NCBI RefSeq assembly: GCF_006345805.1
Contig: NC_043000.1
Coordinates: forward strand, 48,546,001-48,610,000
Length of the DNA stretch: 64,000 nucleotides
From: Octopus sinensis
Taxonomy: Eukaryota
Direction: 5' to 3'
Of the stretch, positions 1-12,128 are shown one piece after another. How positions within the stretch are numbered: position 1 is the stretch's first letter; the number at the start of each line of letters is the position of its first letter. A model generated the notes under the pieces. It had not been told where the DNA came from and ran no database searches. It worked only from the letters and a program-made list of their open reading frames with translations. The position numbers and the translations under genes were made by a program.

Positions 1-416
1 GTTGCTGATAGTTGTAAAGTTTAATGACTATGGTGCCATCTAGTTCACTGGGCGAAAATTGCTTCTATTTATTATATTGCGAATAAAAAAAATTGCTTTA
101 GGGAAAATGTCGTTCATTAAACAGATCAATTGTATTTGCTGCCAAACAGCTAGAATAGGCGCGAGTCAGTTCTTATTGAACGCTTTAATGAAACATGTAT
201 CCTTTAGTTGAGCTATCTGAATATATATGAATACCTCTAAATATAAATCATATATATCGGCCAGTACTTTTAGCATTCAATAGAACTAGATATAATCTTT
301 TGTCTAGTCAAAATAGCAGTCTTCTTCGTAGGAAACCTCTTAGATTAGAGAAGATAACCACTTGGTGACAAATGCCTGCGTGTGGGCAGTGCATCACGTG
401 TATGGCTACCGCTTAC

Positions 417-455
417 CTGCCTAATACAAGAACGAGCGATAAATTTGATTGCAAG
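417..455 (-). CDS. Candidate 39-nt internal exon of an unidentified gene
   Basis: Minus strand reads gttctttcactcccAG | 39 nt | GTAAGC. Open in phase 0 (LAIKFIARSCIRQ) and phase 2 (LQSNLSLVLVLG). No homology recognised. Confidence 0.25.
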
Positions 456-620
456 CTGGGAGTGAAAGAACTGAGCGCAATATCTTTTAATTGAACAGAC
501 GTATAAATGTAATTACTGTAAGCTATACTCGTTAATTATATATCAGTCCTATTCTTTAGTGTAAAGAGTTATATCTACTTCAAGTACACACACACAATAT
601 ATATATTCATATATATATAT

Positions 621-716
621 CGTGGCACTATAGTATAAGATGCTTGCTTCCTGAACACATGGTTTCAGGTTCAGATGTAGGCACCTTCGCAAGTGTCTTC
701 TACTATACTCTCAGAC
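621..716 (+). mobile_element. Degenerate 5' fragment of SINE family C
   Basis: cacatggtttcaggttcag...ggcaccttcgcaagtgtcttctactata matches the head/core of the copies at 1602, 28255 and 51712. Confidence 0.65.
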
Positions 717-938
717 AAATTCAAGACTTGATTTGGTGCATATATATATATATATATAATATATATATATATATAATCAGTGAGATGCAGTGTCTAATGA
801 AATGAAGCTGTTGCTTAGCTGTTATTCTTCTCAAGCAACAAGTAACGGTTGTCCTTAGAGTTTGGGTAGCCTGGCTCAAGCTTTCGGAATTACGGAGATG
901 TACTTGCATAGCAAATGATTTGATCTGAGAAAATATGG

Positions 939-1320
939 TGGAAGCACTCCGTCGGTTACGACGACGAGGGTTCCGGTTGATCCGAATCAACGGAACAGCC
1001 TGCTCGTGAAATTAACGTGTAAGTGGCTGAGCACTCCACAGACACGTGTACCCTTAACGTAGTTCTCGGGGATATTCAGCGTGACACAGAGAGTGACAAG
1101 GCCGGCCCTTTGAAATACAGGTACAACAGAAACAGGAAGTAAGAGTGAGAGAAAGTTGTGGTGAAAGAGTACAGCAGGGATCACCACCATCCCTGCCGGA
1201 GCCTCGTGGAGCTTTAGGTGTTTTCGCTCAATAAACACTCACAACGCCCGGTCTGGGAATCGAAACCGCGATCCTATGACCGCGAGTCCGCTGCCCTAAC
1301 CACTGGGCCAGTGCGCCTCC
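939..1320 (-). mobile_element. tRNA-derived SINE family A, near full length, tail type 1 (octopus OR-like)
   Basis: Head GGAGGCGCACTGGCCCAGTGGTTAGGGCAGCGG...GGTTTCGATTCCC with A- and B-box; head is nearly identical to copies at 34281 and 47290. Confidence 0.9.
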
Positions 1321-1601
1321 ATCTCATGCTTGTACTGAGTGTAATACAGTATCGGTCAGACATTACGATCTACTGACGTTTCAGTCAATGTTTCGTTCTC
1401 TTATAGGTTCTCAGTCGTTTAAATTATTAGTCAGTACGGTTTGGACTGGTGTGACTAAACGATTATTAGTATTAGTATTTTTCGTCAAATCAGTAGACAC
1501 ATATGTTGGCTAAAGATACTTTACTAACGAAAATGTCAGAGCATCAGTTTTCTTGCTGCACATTTTGCAATTGTTGTGGAACCAATTTTGATAATTAGCA
1601 T

Positions 1602-2004
1602 TACTCTTTTACTCTTTTACTTGTGTCAGTCATTTGACTGTGTCCATGCTGGGGCACCGCCTTTATTCGAGCAAAGCGACACCAGGACTTTTTGTTTGTA
1701 AGCCTAGTACTTATTCTATCGGTTCCTTTTGCTGAACCGCTATGTTACGGGTACATAAACACACCAGCATCGGTTGTCAAGCGATGTTGGGGTGGGGGTG
1801 GGGGACAAACACAGACACACAAACATATACACACACACATGCATATATATACATATGTACGACAGGCTTCTTTCAGTTTCCGTCTATCAAATCCACTCAC
1901 AAGGCTTTGGTCGGCCCTTACCTAAGGTGCCACGCAGTGGGACTGAACCCGGAGCCATGTGGTTGGTAAGCAAGTCGCTTACAACACAGCCACTCCTACG
2001 CCTA
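1602..2004 (-). mobile_element. tRNA-derived SINE family C, full length
   Basis: Head aggcgtaggagtggctgtgt...ccgggttcagtcccactgcgtggcacc; internal CA/TA microsatellite; (actctttt)n tail; colinear with the 51712 copy. Confidence 0.9.
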
Positions 2005-2024
2005 TCCACACAGCCACTCTTACT

Positions 2025-2240
2025 ATCTATCTTTATCGTTGCCGTCATCGTCATCCTCATCGTCATCATCATCAGCAGCTGCAGCAGCAGTGGATTCATT
2101 ATCACCACTACCACCATCATCATCAACAATACCAGCAGCAGCACCATCCACGTCCTTTTTCTCCTCGACGTCGTCGTCATCGTTGTGATTGCCATCATTT
2201 GCGTTGTCCTCGTGATCATCATCATTATCGTTATCTTTAT
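2025..2240. repeat. Cryptic trinucleotide (CAT/CAG/CAC/CGT) low-complexity tract
   Basis: Direct inspection; explains the poly-I/H/M ORFs. Confidence 0.85.
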
Positions 2241-2899
2241 GAATTTAATCTTCTCATCAACATTATCATGCTTAATTCACGAATGACATTCCGCTATCCT
2301 TAGTGTGCGTAGCAAAATATTATTAAGAGAGCGAAAATGAATTATATATCTGTGGGATTTTTCTGCCTGTTTTGTTTCTTTGATTTCTTTCTGCATGTGG
2401 CATTCCACAGCATCTTATTTTCAGACTTCTACCAGTGATGAAAGTATTAATTCTATATTAGCAGGGAATATAAAAAAAAAAAGGCAGGAAAAAAAAAACC
2501 CAGAACGCACGTTCTCTCATACATCGCATTCAGTATAAAAGAAACTAAAAGAGAATTTCGTTTGCTTTTCTCATACTGACTGCCAAAGCATTAAAGTGTC
2601 GAACAGCTTTCGTTGTCCACACTGGAGGCTAGAAACAGTTTATCAGAAATGCAGAAGAAAACTTGCAAACAAAGTAGTAATTAACAAATTAAGTAAGCAT
2701 TGAAAGGAAATGGAATGTTATTTTTTCCCCTCTTATTATTTACGAAACTAATAAAGGAAACACGAGAAAAAAGTGGAACAGCAAATGAAAAAGATATGAA
2801 AGTATGCATAACTTCATCTATTGATGTATGTGAATATGTGTGAGTAGAAGGTGGGGAGGGGGCATTTTTCTGTATGAACTATTTCCCCCTCCCACACTG

Positions 2900-3440
<541 letters not shown>

Positions 3441-3829
3441 ATGTATTCCGCTTCTTGTATATTCGGATTCTTGACGGAAAGTAATTCTCAAGTGGTATAT
3501 CAGCAACACCATGATTAAACTATTTCTTCGTTGTTATACCGACTGATGATTGCTTCTGAAGCAAGAAACTTTAAACGATAGGAATTGTTAGCAACTGCAT
3601 CTGCCTAAGATAATATATATCTAATCTACTTGACGAATTGAATACTCTTCCCTTTATTCACACTACTACGTTAACAGAACCCAAATACACATACATATAT
3701 ACACATATTCATAGAGGTAAACATACATAGACACATCCATCAATCCATACATACATACTTACTTATGAATCTCCATCCACTGCAAACACACCAACTCACA
3801 CTCGTACCTCAACTTCTCCTTCTTCCAAA

Positions 3830-4527
3830 CTACCCACACCAAGCTCTCCATTCCCTACTTTCAATTCCTCCATCTGTGAAGGTTCTGCAGTGACAACCAT
3901 GACTTTGAGACTCATCGTTACCCGTCTTCTCTCACGTACAACCCCTCCACCTTGCCTCTCCAACGCACTATTCGCCGAGGCTTCCAGGGACTCCTCTCTG
4001 ACCCCTCCACTTCACACATCTTCCCCAACCTACCCCTCCACTCCTTTAAACGATCCCACAACCTGACCTGCTGGTCCAGTTTTCCCTCCCGAACCCCACC
4101 TCGCAACCTGGCTCCTCCCCTTGCTGCCGCCCACGCTGCCACACTTGCCCCTACCTCTCCCACACAACCTACCTCACAGGTACCCATCAACGTCCCTATT
4201 ATATCACTGACTCTTTCACATGCATTTCTACCAACGTCATTTACTGCAACTCCTGCTTTTTCTGTCCTTCTCTGTATATCGGTCAAACGGGACGCCACTT
4301 GGCTGACCGGTTCGCGGAGCACCTCGGAGATATTAGACTCGGCAGCGACAGCCCAATCTCGCGCCATTTACGCTCTACCGGTCATTCATTGCAACACCGC
4401 TCTGTGTTTGGATTTTGTTTGCACAGGGGGAAATCCGGACACCCGCCTACGCCGTGAACAAGAATTAATGTTTTCTCTTCGCTCCTTTGCGTCACATGGG
4501 CTCAACTCCCCTTCCCTCTTCATCTGA
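3830..4527 (+). mobile_element. Penelope-like retroelement 3' remnant: RT-thumb/linker fragment plus GIY-YIG endonuclease (frameshifted, internally deleted)
   Basis: Across frames: HTKLSIPYFQFLHL*RFCSD ... LQRTIRRGFQGLLSDPSTSHIF ... PCCRPRCHTC ... FTCISTNVIYCNSCFFCPSLYIGQTGRHLADRFAEHLGDI (NVIY at 4233, YIG at 4275) ... RREQELMFSLRSFASHGLN; typical PLE GIY-YIG signature. Confidence 0.9.
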
Positions 4528-4529
4528 TT

Positions 4530-5160
4530 CTTCCTCTCTCTTCGTCTCACACCTATTTCTCCTCTTCACTCCTACCCACCTCTCTTCTCTTGCCCTGACA
4601 CCTACTTCCTCTCTTCATTCCTACCCACATTCTCCCTTCATCGTTACCCTCCATCCACAACCCACCTCTATACATCACAATCCCACCATCCCAAGACATC
4701 CCAACCCCACTTTCCCACAGGACCACCCACCTCACCAGCAACACATCCCGATCCCACATACACCATCCCTCCCACACGTCCTCACCCCAAAATCACACTC
4801 TACACTCAATTCCCCACACTCCACCCTCATATCACGGCACCCAAACACTACTATACCCCAACACCACCACACCACACCATGCCACAACACACCACATCAT
4901 GCCACAACACACCACATCATATCACAACACACCACATCATGCCACAACACACCACACACTACCACACCACACCTCCCACCACAACACCACACCTCCCACA
5001 TTACACCACCCTTCACACACAAGCACTGACCACTTACCAGCACCCACACCATCATCCACACACCCAGACATTTCAGATGCACACATCCACACGTGAAGGT
5101 CACTAGCCCCTATCCATACAAGCTCTCACATATCTTCGCACGCACACCCCGTTTTGGGAT
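4530..5160 (+). repeat. C/A-rich strand-asymmetric tract including a 20-bp minisatellite (gccacaacacaccacatcat, about 4 copies, 4881-4960)
   Basis: Direct inspection; lies between the PLE ORF and its terminal repeats. Confidence 0.75.
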
Positions 5161-5289
5161 CACCAATATTTTATTATCTCTCCTTCTTCCTAGCTCTCCT
5201 GTCTATCTACTTCTGTCCAGCCAGTCGCCATGATTGACCGCTAGCCCCTAAAGCTTTTCTGTTCTCTTTCTGTTTATTTCCTCGTGTTC

Positions 5290-5325
5290 CTTTCTGTTGA
5301 AGAGCGTAGACTCGAAAAGTAAAAG
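5290..5325 (+). ncRNA. Minimal type I hammerhead-like motif (variant core CUGUUGA)
   Basis: cttt-CTGTTGA-A-GAG cgtaga CTC-GAAA-AG-TA-aaag; stem I cttt/aaag; A6 replaced by U. Confidence 0.45.
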
Positions 5326-5531
5326 ACTTTCTCACCTTGCCGAGCGTTAAACTAATATATCTGTTGTTTATACACCTGTCTTCGTCTTTTGTTTTTCGTA
5401 AATTCCAGCTATATATATATGCGTGTGTGTGTGTGTGTGTGTGCGCGCGCGCGTGTGTATGTATGTGTATATATGTCGCCATGATAGATTTTTTTCTCAC
5501 CTTATTTCTCTCCTTGTTTTTTTCTGAGTCC

Positions 5532-5567
5532 CTTTCTGTAGAAGAGCCTAGGCTCGAAACGTAATAG
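5532..5567 (+). ncRNA. Minimal type I hammerhead-like motif (variant core CUGUAGA)
   Basis: cttt-CTGTAGA-A-GAGC ctag GCTC-GAAACGT-A; palindromic ACGT stem III; stem I partly mismatched. Confidence 0.5.
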
Positions 5568-6127
5568 ACTTCTATTCCTGAGCGTTATACTATTTCATCT
5601 GCTTGTTTTGTACACCACCTGTCTTTGTCTTTTGTTTTTTTTCGTAAACTCTCCCTATATATATATATATATATATTTATATCGGGGCAAAGATAAACGT
5701 ACACAAACAGACGTAAATAATTTTATTTTTCCATTCAAGTTACAGAGATTAAACAATATATTGGTTGGAATTCTTGAAACGATTCAAAGTTCCAGAGAAA
5801 TGTAATCCAAGTGACTATGATCGGAAAGATTAAATTGCATATGATTCTTAAACATATACTATATTTGGACATAGAAAAGATGAGAAGCTTAGGAATCCAA
5901 AGAAAGCCGTAGAAGCTCACACAGATATATGTATAAATATATATTTGTGTGAGTCTAAGCGCGCATGAATATTATTCAAGGCATAGGTTTTAATGCATCA
6001 ATACACCGAGTTGACCGTAAAGAGAGTGGTTTCCAGGTATATAGGCTGAGTGAAACCTCAACCGAAGTCAATCGATCCATCATTTTCCTCTCTCTCTCAC
6101 TCACACACATACACACACACACACACA

Positions 6128-6503
6128 CTCTCCTTTTATTCTTTAATTTGTTTCAGACATTTGACTGCGGCCATGCTGGTACACCGTCTTGCATGTTCTT
6201 TCGGTTTTTAGTCGATCAAATCGACCCCAAAACTCATTTTCTAAAGCCTAGTACACAGAAACTATAACATATACAAAGATATATATATATATAATACCTG
6301 TACATCATCTCCAAACCTTCCAATATATATATATACAGCCATACGCGACGGGCTTCTTTCAGTTTCCATCTATCAAATCGACTGAAAAAGGATTGGTCGG
6401 CTCGTGGTTGTATTAGAAGACACTTGCTCAAGGATGTATGCGATGGGACTGAGACCGGAACAATATGGATGGGAAGATAGCTTCTTAACACAGCCACGCC
6501 TCT

Positions 6504-6504
<1 letters not shown>
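6128..6504 (-). mobile_element. SINE family C, diverged copy
   Basis: tttcagacatttgactgcggccatgctgg ... gacgggcttctttcagtttcc ... gaagacacttgctcaagg. Confidence 0.85.
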
Positions 6505-6545
<41 letters not shown>

Positions 6546-6546
<1 letters not shown>

Positions 6547-6725
6547 AGAGGCGTGGCTGTATACATATATATATATACATACATAAATGGGTAGTCGTGG
6601 GTGTGCGCTTCGTAATTTCCCAACCACATGGTTCGGGAGTCATCTTCAAAACGTCTTGGACGTCTATTACTATAGCCTCGGGCCGATCGTGTGATTGGAT
6701 TTGATTGACGAAAAATGAAAGCCTG
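6546..6725 (+). mobile_element. SINE family C 5' half, head-to-head with the preceding copy
   Basis: gagaggcgtggctgt ... caaccacatggttcggg ... tactatagcctcgggccgat ... gacgaaaaatgaaag. Confidence 0.7.
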
Positions 6726-6964
6726 ACGTATACATACATACATACATACACACGTATATGTGTGTGTGTGTATATATATATATACATTGTTGTTGTTATT
6801 ATTAGTATTTAGTAAATTGTATGGTATACACCGGGTCGCTTACCAGTAAAACACGTTCATTTTCTTAATGTCCATTGGGTATTTGTTTATTTTTGCATCT
6901 GATACTTGTTATTGATCTTCTATAACATTGAAAATGTACCCTTTAATTTACTGCTTTTGTATAC

Positions 6965-7140
6965 GCATACCGAGAAGAAATCTTGCTGAACAGACGCTAT
7001 TTTAACGAGATACATCTTGTAATCACCCGAGAAAACACATCAACTCTGACGGATACACCTACCAGGTGATCAATTTCTCACCTGAGAGGGATCGATGCTA
7101 GATGGATCGAAACAACTGTAGTCATCAATAAACTTCCGTC
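6965..7140 (+). mobile_element. Probable PLE 3' terminus with a degenerate hammerhead-like motif
   Basis: Weak GIY-YIG C-terminal-like peptide (NEIHL/CNHPRKHINSDGY) followed by CTGAGAG-GGATCGAT..ATGGATC-GAAAC-aact-GTA and AATAAA. Confidence 0.4.
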
Positions 7141-7786
7141 TTCCATCTCCCTCAACCAACTTCCATATTCTGTCTTTCTCATTATTATTATGTGTCTGTG
7201 TACACGCGCGTATGTATATGTGTGTGTATATGTTTTTAGATCAATAAATAGATATATATATATACACACACGTCTATATATATATTATAGTATGTGTGTG
7301 TGTATAAGTGTGTTCGTTAAAAAACGCTCATATATGAAAATGTTATTCATGAACTGTAGATCGTTTAATCTATTGCATATCAATAGCTGTAATTCCTATA
7401 GTATTTCAGGGTTGCCTTTATCTTCGTTCTAATAACTCTTGAAGTACCAAGAAGATTCATTATTAGCTTGCCTTTGGGGACACATCAATGTTGTGAAAAA
7501 GGGAGACTAGCAGTATTGGCAACTGCTGGTCTTCAAGAGAACCTATCCAGGCTGGGATCTGGAAGGGATACTCTCGTGTTACCTCAACCTTCCAGCACAG
7601 ACTGAATGAAGATTTTTCAAATGTGTATCAATGATCCCACACGGACTCTAAAAACAAAATTCTGACATTGAGTAAGCCTTTAATCATTCTTGCTAGTTTT
7701 TTTTTAGTCATACAAGAATTTAACGTATCCTTTATTTAAGGCAGATATATGTGATTGAAGAGTGATTTACTGCTTCTTTTTAGCTA

Positions 7787-8004
7787 TACGAGGGAAGTTG
7801 AAAGCTTCTGGTCCAAGGGTGTCATGAAACGCCATTTTGGAGGCTCAAACTTCTGAATTCTTTTATAGAGCTTAGAAAAATTGAAGAACCGCTGTAATAA
7901 TTGTGTGAATCTGAAAAGCGAATATGTTGAATAAAATCATGATTAAATGGTCCGCTTGTATTTTATTTTACCCGAAGCTTAGAACATTTCAGCACACACT
8001 CATA
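7787..8004 (+). mobile_element. Mariner-derived non-autonomous element
   Basis: TA-CGAGGGAAGTTGAAAG left end, degenerate right TIR ending in TA, internal LEKLKNRCNNCVNLKSEYVE* resembling a mariner transposase C-terminus. Confidence 0.7.
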
Positions 8005-8639
8005 AACTTCATTATTCTAGATCCCATACTAAATAATGTGTGCAAATTTAAAGATTACTTGGATAGAGAAAGTATAGAGAAGTAATAATTACGGGAAAAA
8101 AAATGCGCTCGTCATCCATTACATCACCAGCTACCCGAATTATTTTGCTTATTGGCTGATCGGATAAGTATATTGAATCACATTCCACACTTGAGAGCTT
8201 TACCTTGAATGGACCATCAATGAACCAAAGTTTGTGATTTAAATCCGATCATTCGGGATCGGTTTTACATCTTGATTATTCGGCATTCCATAAAATGAGA
8301 TCTGTTAAGATACCAGATAAAAATTGCTTATATTAATGTTATATAAATATTAAAATAACGTCAATTATATTAATATTAATATCGTACATAAAACTCATTG
8401 GGGTGTCTCAATGAGATATAAATAATTTATGGAACTGACTCCGGCGATCGCATTAACATCTCCTTAAAAAAGCTCTTCTGCTTAAGAATTAAAATATTTA
8501 AAAAATCAACATTCAAGTTTCATTTAGAAATGTTTCACTTGGTCGGTGTAAATGATATTTACTTTTATATTTATAGGGATACGTTTATATATCTATTTAT
8601 GCATGTATGTACTTCTATATATCTTTGTGTGCGTATATA

Positions 8640-8651
8640 TATATACATACA

Positions 8652-8700
<49 letters not shown>

Positions 8701-8830
8701 CTATATATATATATATATATATATATAAGTATATATACATAAATTATCTATCTATCTATCAATCTATCTATCTATCTATCTATCTATCTATATATATATA
8801 TATATATATACACACATAAATCTATCTATC

Positions 8831-8902
<72 letters not shown>

Positions 8903-8905
8903 CAT
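8640..8905. repeat. Compound (CT)n/(CTAT)n/(TA)n microsatellite
   Basis: Direct inspection. Confidence 0.95.
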
Positions 8906-9399
8906 CTTTATATGCCAAATTATTCCCCTCCGTCTTATTTCATATGCATATACGTGTACGCTCAATAACAAATTAGATTCAAACGTCATATGCATAAGTA
9001 ACAATCTATTTTCTATGCATAAATTATCACTGTGCACACCTATCACGTACAACCGTTCATATATGTAAGCATACATATCTATGAATAAAAATATATCCAT
9101 ATACATTCGACATCTTTTAGTGTTATACAAACACACGCGCGCGCATGTACACACATATAGATGTATGTATGTACACACACACACACATGCACACACATAA
9201 ACGATAAGTATTTCTGTACCGAAATATAGTCTGGAATGCGATTTGGCAGTGTCAAGATTTTTTGACCATTACACAGATGTAAAATAACACACACATATGA
9301 TTAAGTTTGTGTTTTATACACACACAAACACACAGAGGCACACTCATACACACACACACACACACACGTGTGTGTGTGACCGCATGTGTATCGTTGGCG

Positions 9400-9578
9400 A
9401 TTGTTTTTCCCCATCTTCTCTTCCTTGGACATTTCTTTTTTCTATGTTTCTGACGAAGAGCTCCGCTCGAAACGTTAAATCCTCCTTCTATATTTCCCTT
9501 CCTGATCGTCCAATAACACTATACTTGTTCCACGTCCTCGCGTTGTTGTGTTTTCTCTTTGTTCATGCTTGGATTGAC

Positions 9579-9582
<4 letters not shown>
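9400..9582 (+). mobile_element. Solo PLE-type terminal repeat fragment
   Basis: Pyrimidine-rich unit carrying the same gaagagc..gctcgaaacgt motif as 5532. Confidence 0.55.
9446..9480 (+). ncRNA. Minimal type I hammerhead ribozyme motif
   Basis: gttt-CTGACGA-A-GAGC tcc GCTC-GAAACGT-T-aaat; canonical CUGANGA and GAAA, palindromic stem III, GUU site, short stem I. Confidence 0.6.
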
Positions 9583-9621
<39 letters not shown>

Positions 9622-10003
9622 TTGCAACGTGGTCAAATGTCATTCATCATGTCCTCCAGTCATCATAAGATCTGTGAGTGAAATTGGGTAAACGAATCTC
9701 TGTTCGTCGAATAACTGAAAGCATATCGTCCAAACCGGCGCAAATCCGTCCATCCATGTAAGTATATACATATACAAATTCATACATATAGAGGCACACA
9801 TGCAGACACATAGATACAAGCATGCATACACACTTACATACGTATTTTCAGTCACGTAGGAGTTTTTACAAATGAAGCGAAATATTGGTATGAATGAAAA
9901 TGTATTCAGCGACTCTGAAGAAAGTAGTAAGGGTTGGTAATAGCTGTTTAGATGTTAAAAATCATGATGATGATGATGATGATGATGACGACGATGATGA
10001 TGC

Positions 10004-10233
10004 ATTTCTTTACTGCCCACAAGGGGCTAAACATAGAGGGGACAAACAAGGACTGACAAAGGGATTAAGTCGATTACATCGACCCCAGTTGGAAACTGGC
10101 ACTTTATTTATCGACCCCGAAAGGATGAAAGGCAAAGTCGACCTCGGCGGAATTTGAACTCAGAACGTAACTACAGACGAAATACAGCTACGCATTTCGC
10201 CCGGCGTGCTAACGTTTCTGCCAGCTCGCCGCC
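10004..10233 (-). mobile_element. tRNA-derived SINE family B, full length, inserted in a (GAT)n tract
   Basis: Reverse complement ggcggcgagctggcagaaacgttagcacgccggg ... gttctgagttcaaattccgccgaggtcgac; colinear with the 13817 copy; (GAT)n on both flanks. Confidence 0.9.
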
Positions 10234-10764
10234 ACATGATTATGATGATGATGATGATGATGGCAGGGATGATGACGGCGATGATGATAACGGCAATGAT
10301 GACGACGGCAACGATGGCGATGACGAATGATGAGTGATCATGTCACTGATGATGATGATGATGGTGATGATGGTGATAGAGTAGGTGGCTACTATTAATA
10401 ACCACACGAAGAAGAACGAGAACACGCAAATGAAATAGCAGAAAAAAATTGAAAACAACATTAACAAAAATAAGAAATAACAGAGACATCTATTACAAGA
10501 ACAAGACTATCCATAAGGAGGAAAAAATATAAAAGAAACAAAAAATAGAATCAAAATAAAGTAATAAAATAATGTGATTGAAAGACTAGAGAGAAACGTG
10601 AAACTGTCCTGTGTAGCTATATGTGTATAAATATAAAACACGAAGATATATTTCATCACATTTCCTACTAGGCAGTATGCAATTTTCTAGAATGGGAATG
10701 ATACCAAGTATGGCTAAGTGGGGTCATCCAAAGTTACTCTGTACTCCGATCGTATTGGTTGGCT

Positions 10765-10788
10765 TATATATATAGGTATATGTATATA

Positions 10789-10833
<45 letters not shown>

Positions 10834-10918
10834 ATATAATATATATAATACATATATATATATATATATTATATATATATGTATGTAGTATATATATATA
10901 TATGTATATATATATATG

Positions 10919-10950
<32 letters not shown>

Positions 10951-11132
10951 TGTATGTATATATATATATATGTATGTATATATATATATGTATATATATA
11001 TGTATGTAATATATATATGTATGTATATATATATATGTATTATATATATATATGTATATATATATGTATGTATATATGTATGTATTATATATATGTATGT
11101 ATGTATATAATATATATGTATATATATATATG

Positions 11133-11164
<32 letters not shown>

Positions 11165-11330
11165 TGTAGTATATATATTATATATGTATGTATATATTAT
11201 GTATATATATGTATGTATATATATATATGTATGTATATATATATTATGTATATATATATATATATATGTATTATATATATGTATGTATATATATATGTAT
11301 ATATATATATATATATATATGATATATATG

Positions 11331-11388
<58 letters not shown>

Positions 11389-11420
11389 GTATATATATAT
11401 GTATCACATACACGCACCTC
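10765..11420. repeat. Long (TA)n/(TATG)n microsatellite
   Basis: Direct inspection. Confidence 0.97.
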
Positions 11421-11929
11421 AGATACACACACATATACGCATACCTATATGAGTGTTATAGATATACATACTCGTACATTCGTATATATCGTGATGAGTT
11501 TAATTGTTATGAAGTGTGTGGTATATATGTACCGTGCACATTATAAATTTATATAGCGATATGTATATATATATACATACACACACATATATATATATAT
11601 ACGTATATGTATATATATACACGTATATATATGTGTGTGCATGTGTATGTCTATGTGCACGTGCATGTACGTGTAATAAATGATGACTACATCCGAAGAC
11701 CAAATGATCAGCGGATAGTCGGTTAGTCCATTAATCGACTGGACCTTAGGAACTTTCCACTGTAGAACTAGAAATTTTCCTTTTCCATTTTGTACGTAAT
11801 CTTCGAAATGAAGATTATATAAATCATAAAATATTTCTAGTTTCCTCACATATTGACCTGAAAGCAATTAGTGGCTTATCCATTTCTAGTCTATTTTCCC
11901 CCTCCTTTCCTTTCCCATTATCACCATGA

Positions 11930-11965
11930 TGCTGCCGCTACCACCGGTGCTGCTACTGCTGCTAA

Positions 11966-12028
<63 letters not shown>

Positions 12029-12037
12029 GCTACAATA

Positions 12038-12070
<33 letters not shown>

Positions 12071-12082
12071 GCTACAACAACA

Positions 12083-12128
<46 letters not shown>

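Larger units (their letters stand above)
5225..5660 (+). mobile_element. Two tandem PLE-type terminal repeat units (about 5225-5410 and 5476-5660)
   Basis: Both units share gtcgccatgat-ga ... tttctgt-gaagagc ... ctcgaaa-gt ... gagcgtta-acta ... cacctgtct-gtcttttgtttt-cgtaaa; downstream of the GIY-YIG ORF. Confidence 0.7.

Noticed and set aside
1692-2303. ORFs of 75-170 aa; similar ones at 13751, 47341 and 51744
   Set aside because: They lie in SINEs and trinucleotide tracts; the similarity between 1692 and 51744 just reflects SINE copies.
3918-5106. ORFs 3918-4367(-), 4487-5029(+) and neighbours
   Set aside because: Antisense to the Penelope remnant or inside the C/A-rich low-complexity tract.
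7440-7690. GC-richer segment that looks like a LINE or exon fragment
   Set aside because: No frame gave a recognisable motif or a consistent splice-bounded ORF.
10724-11546. Long I/Y/M/C/V-rich ORFs here and at 2.8-3.5, 15.5-16.0, 34.5-35.1 and 46.1-46.4 kb
   Set aside because: Translations of TA/CA/TATG microsatellites, which lack stop codons; not proteins.
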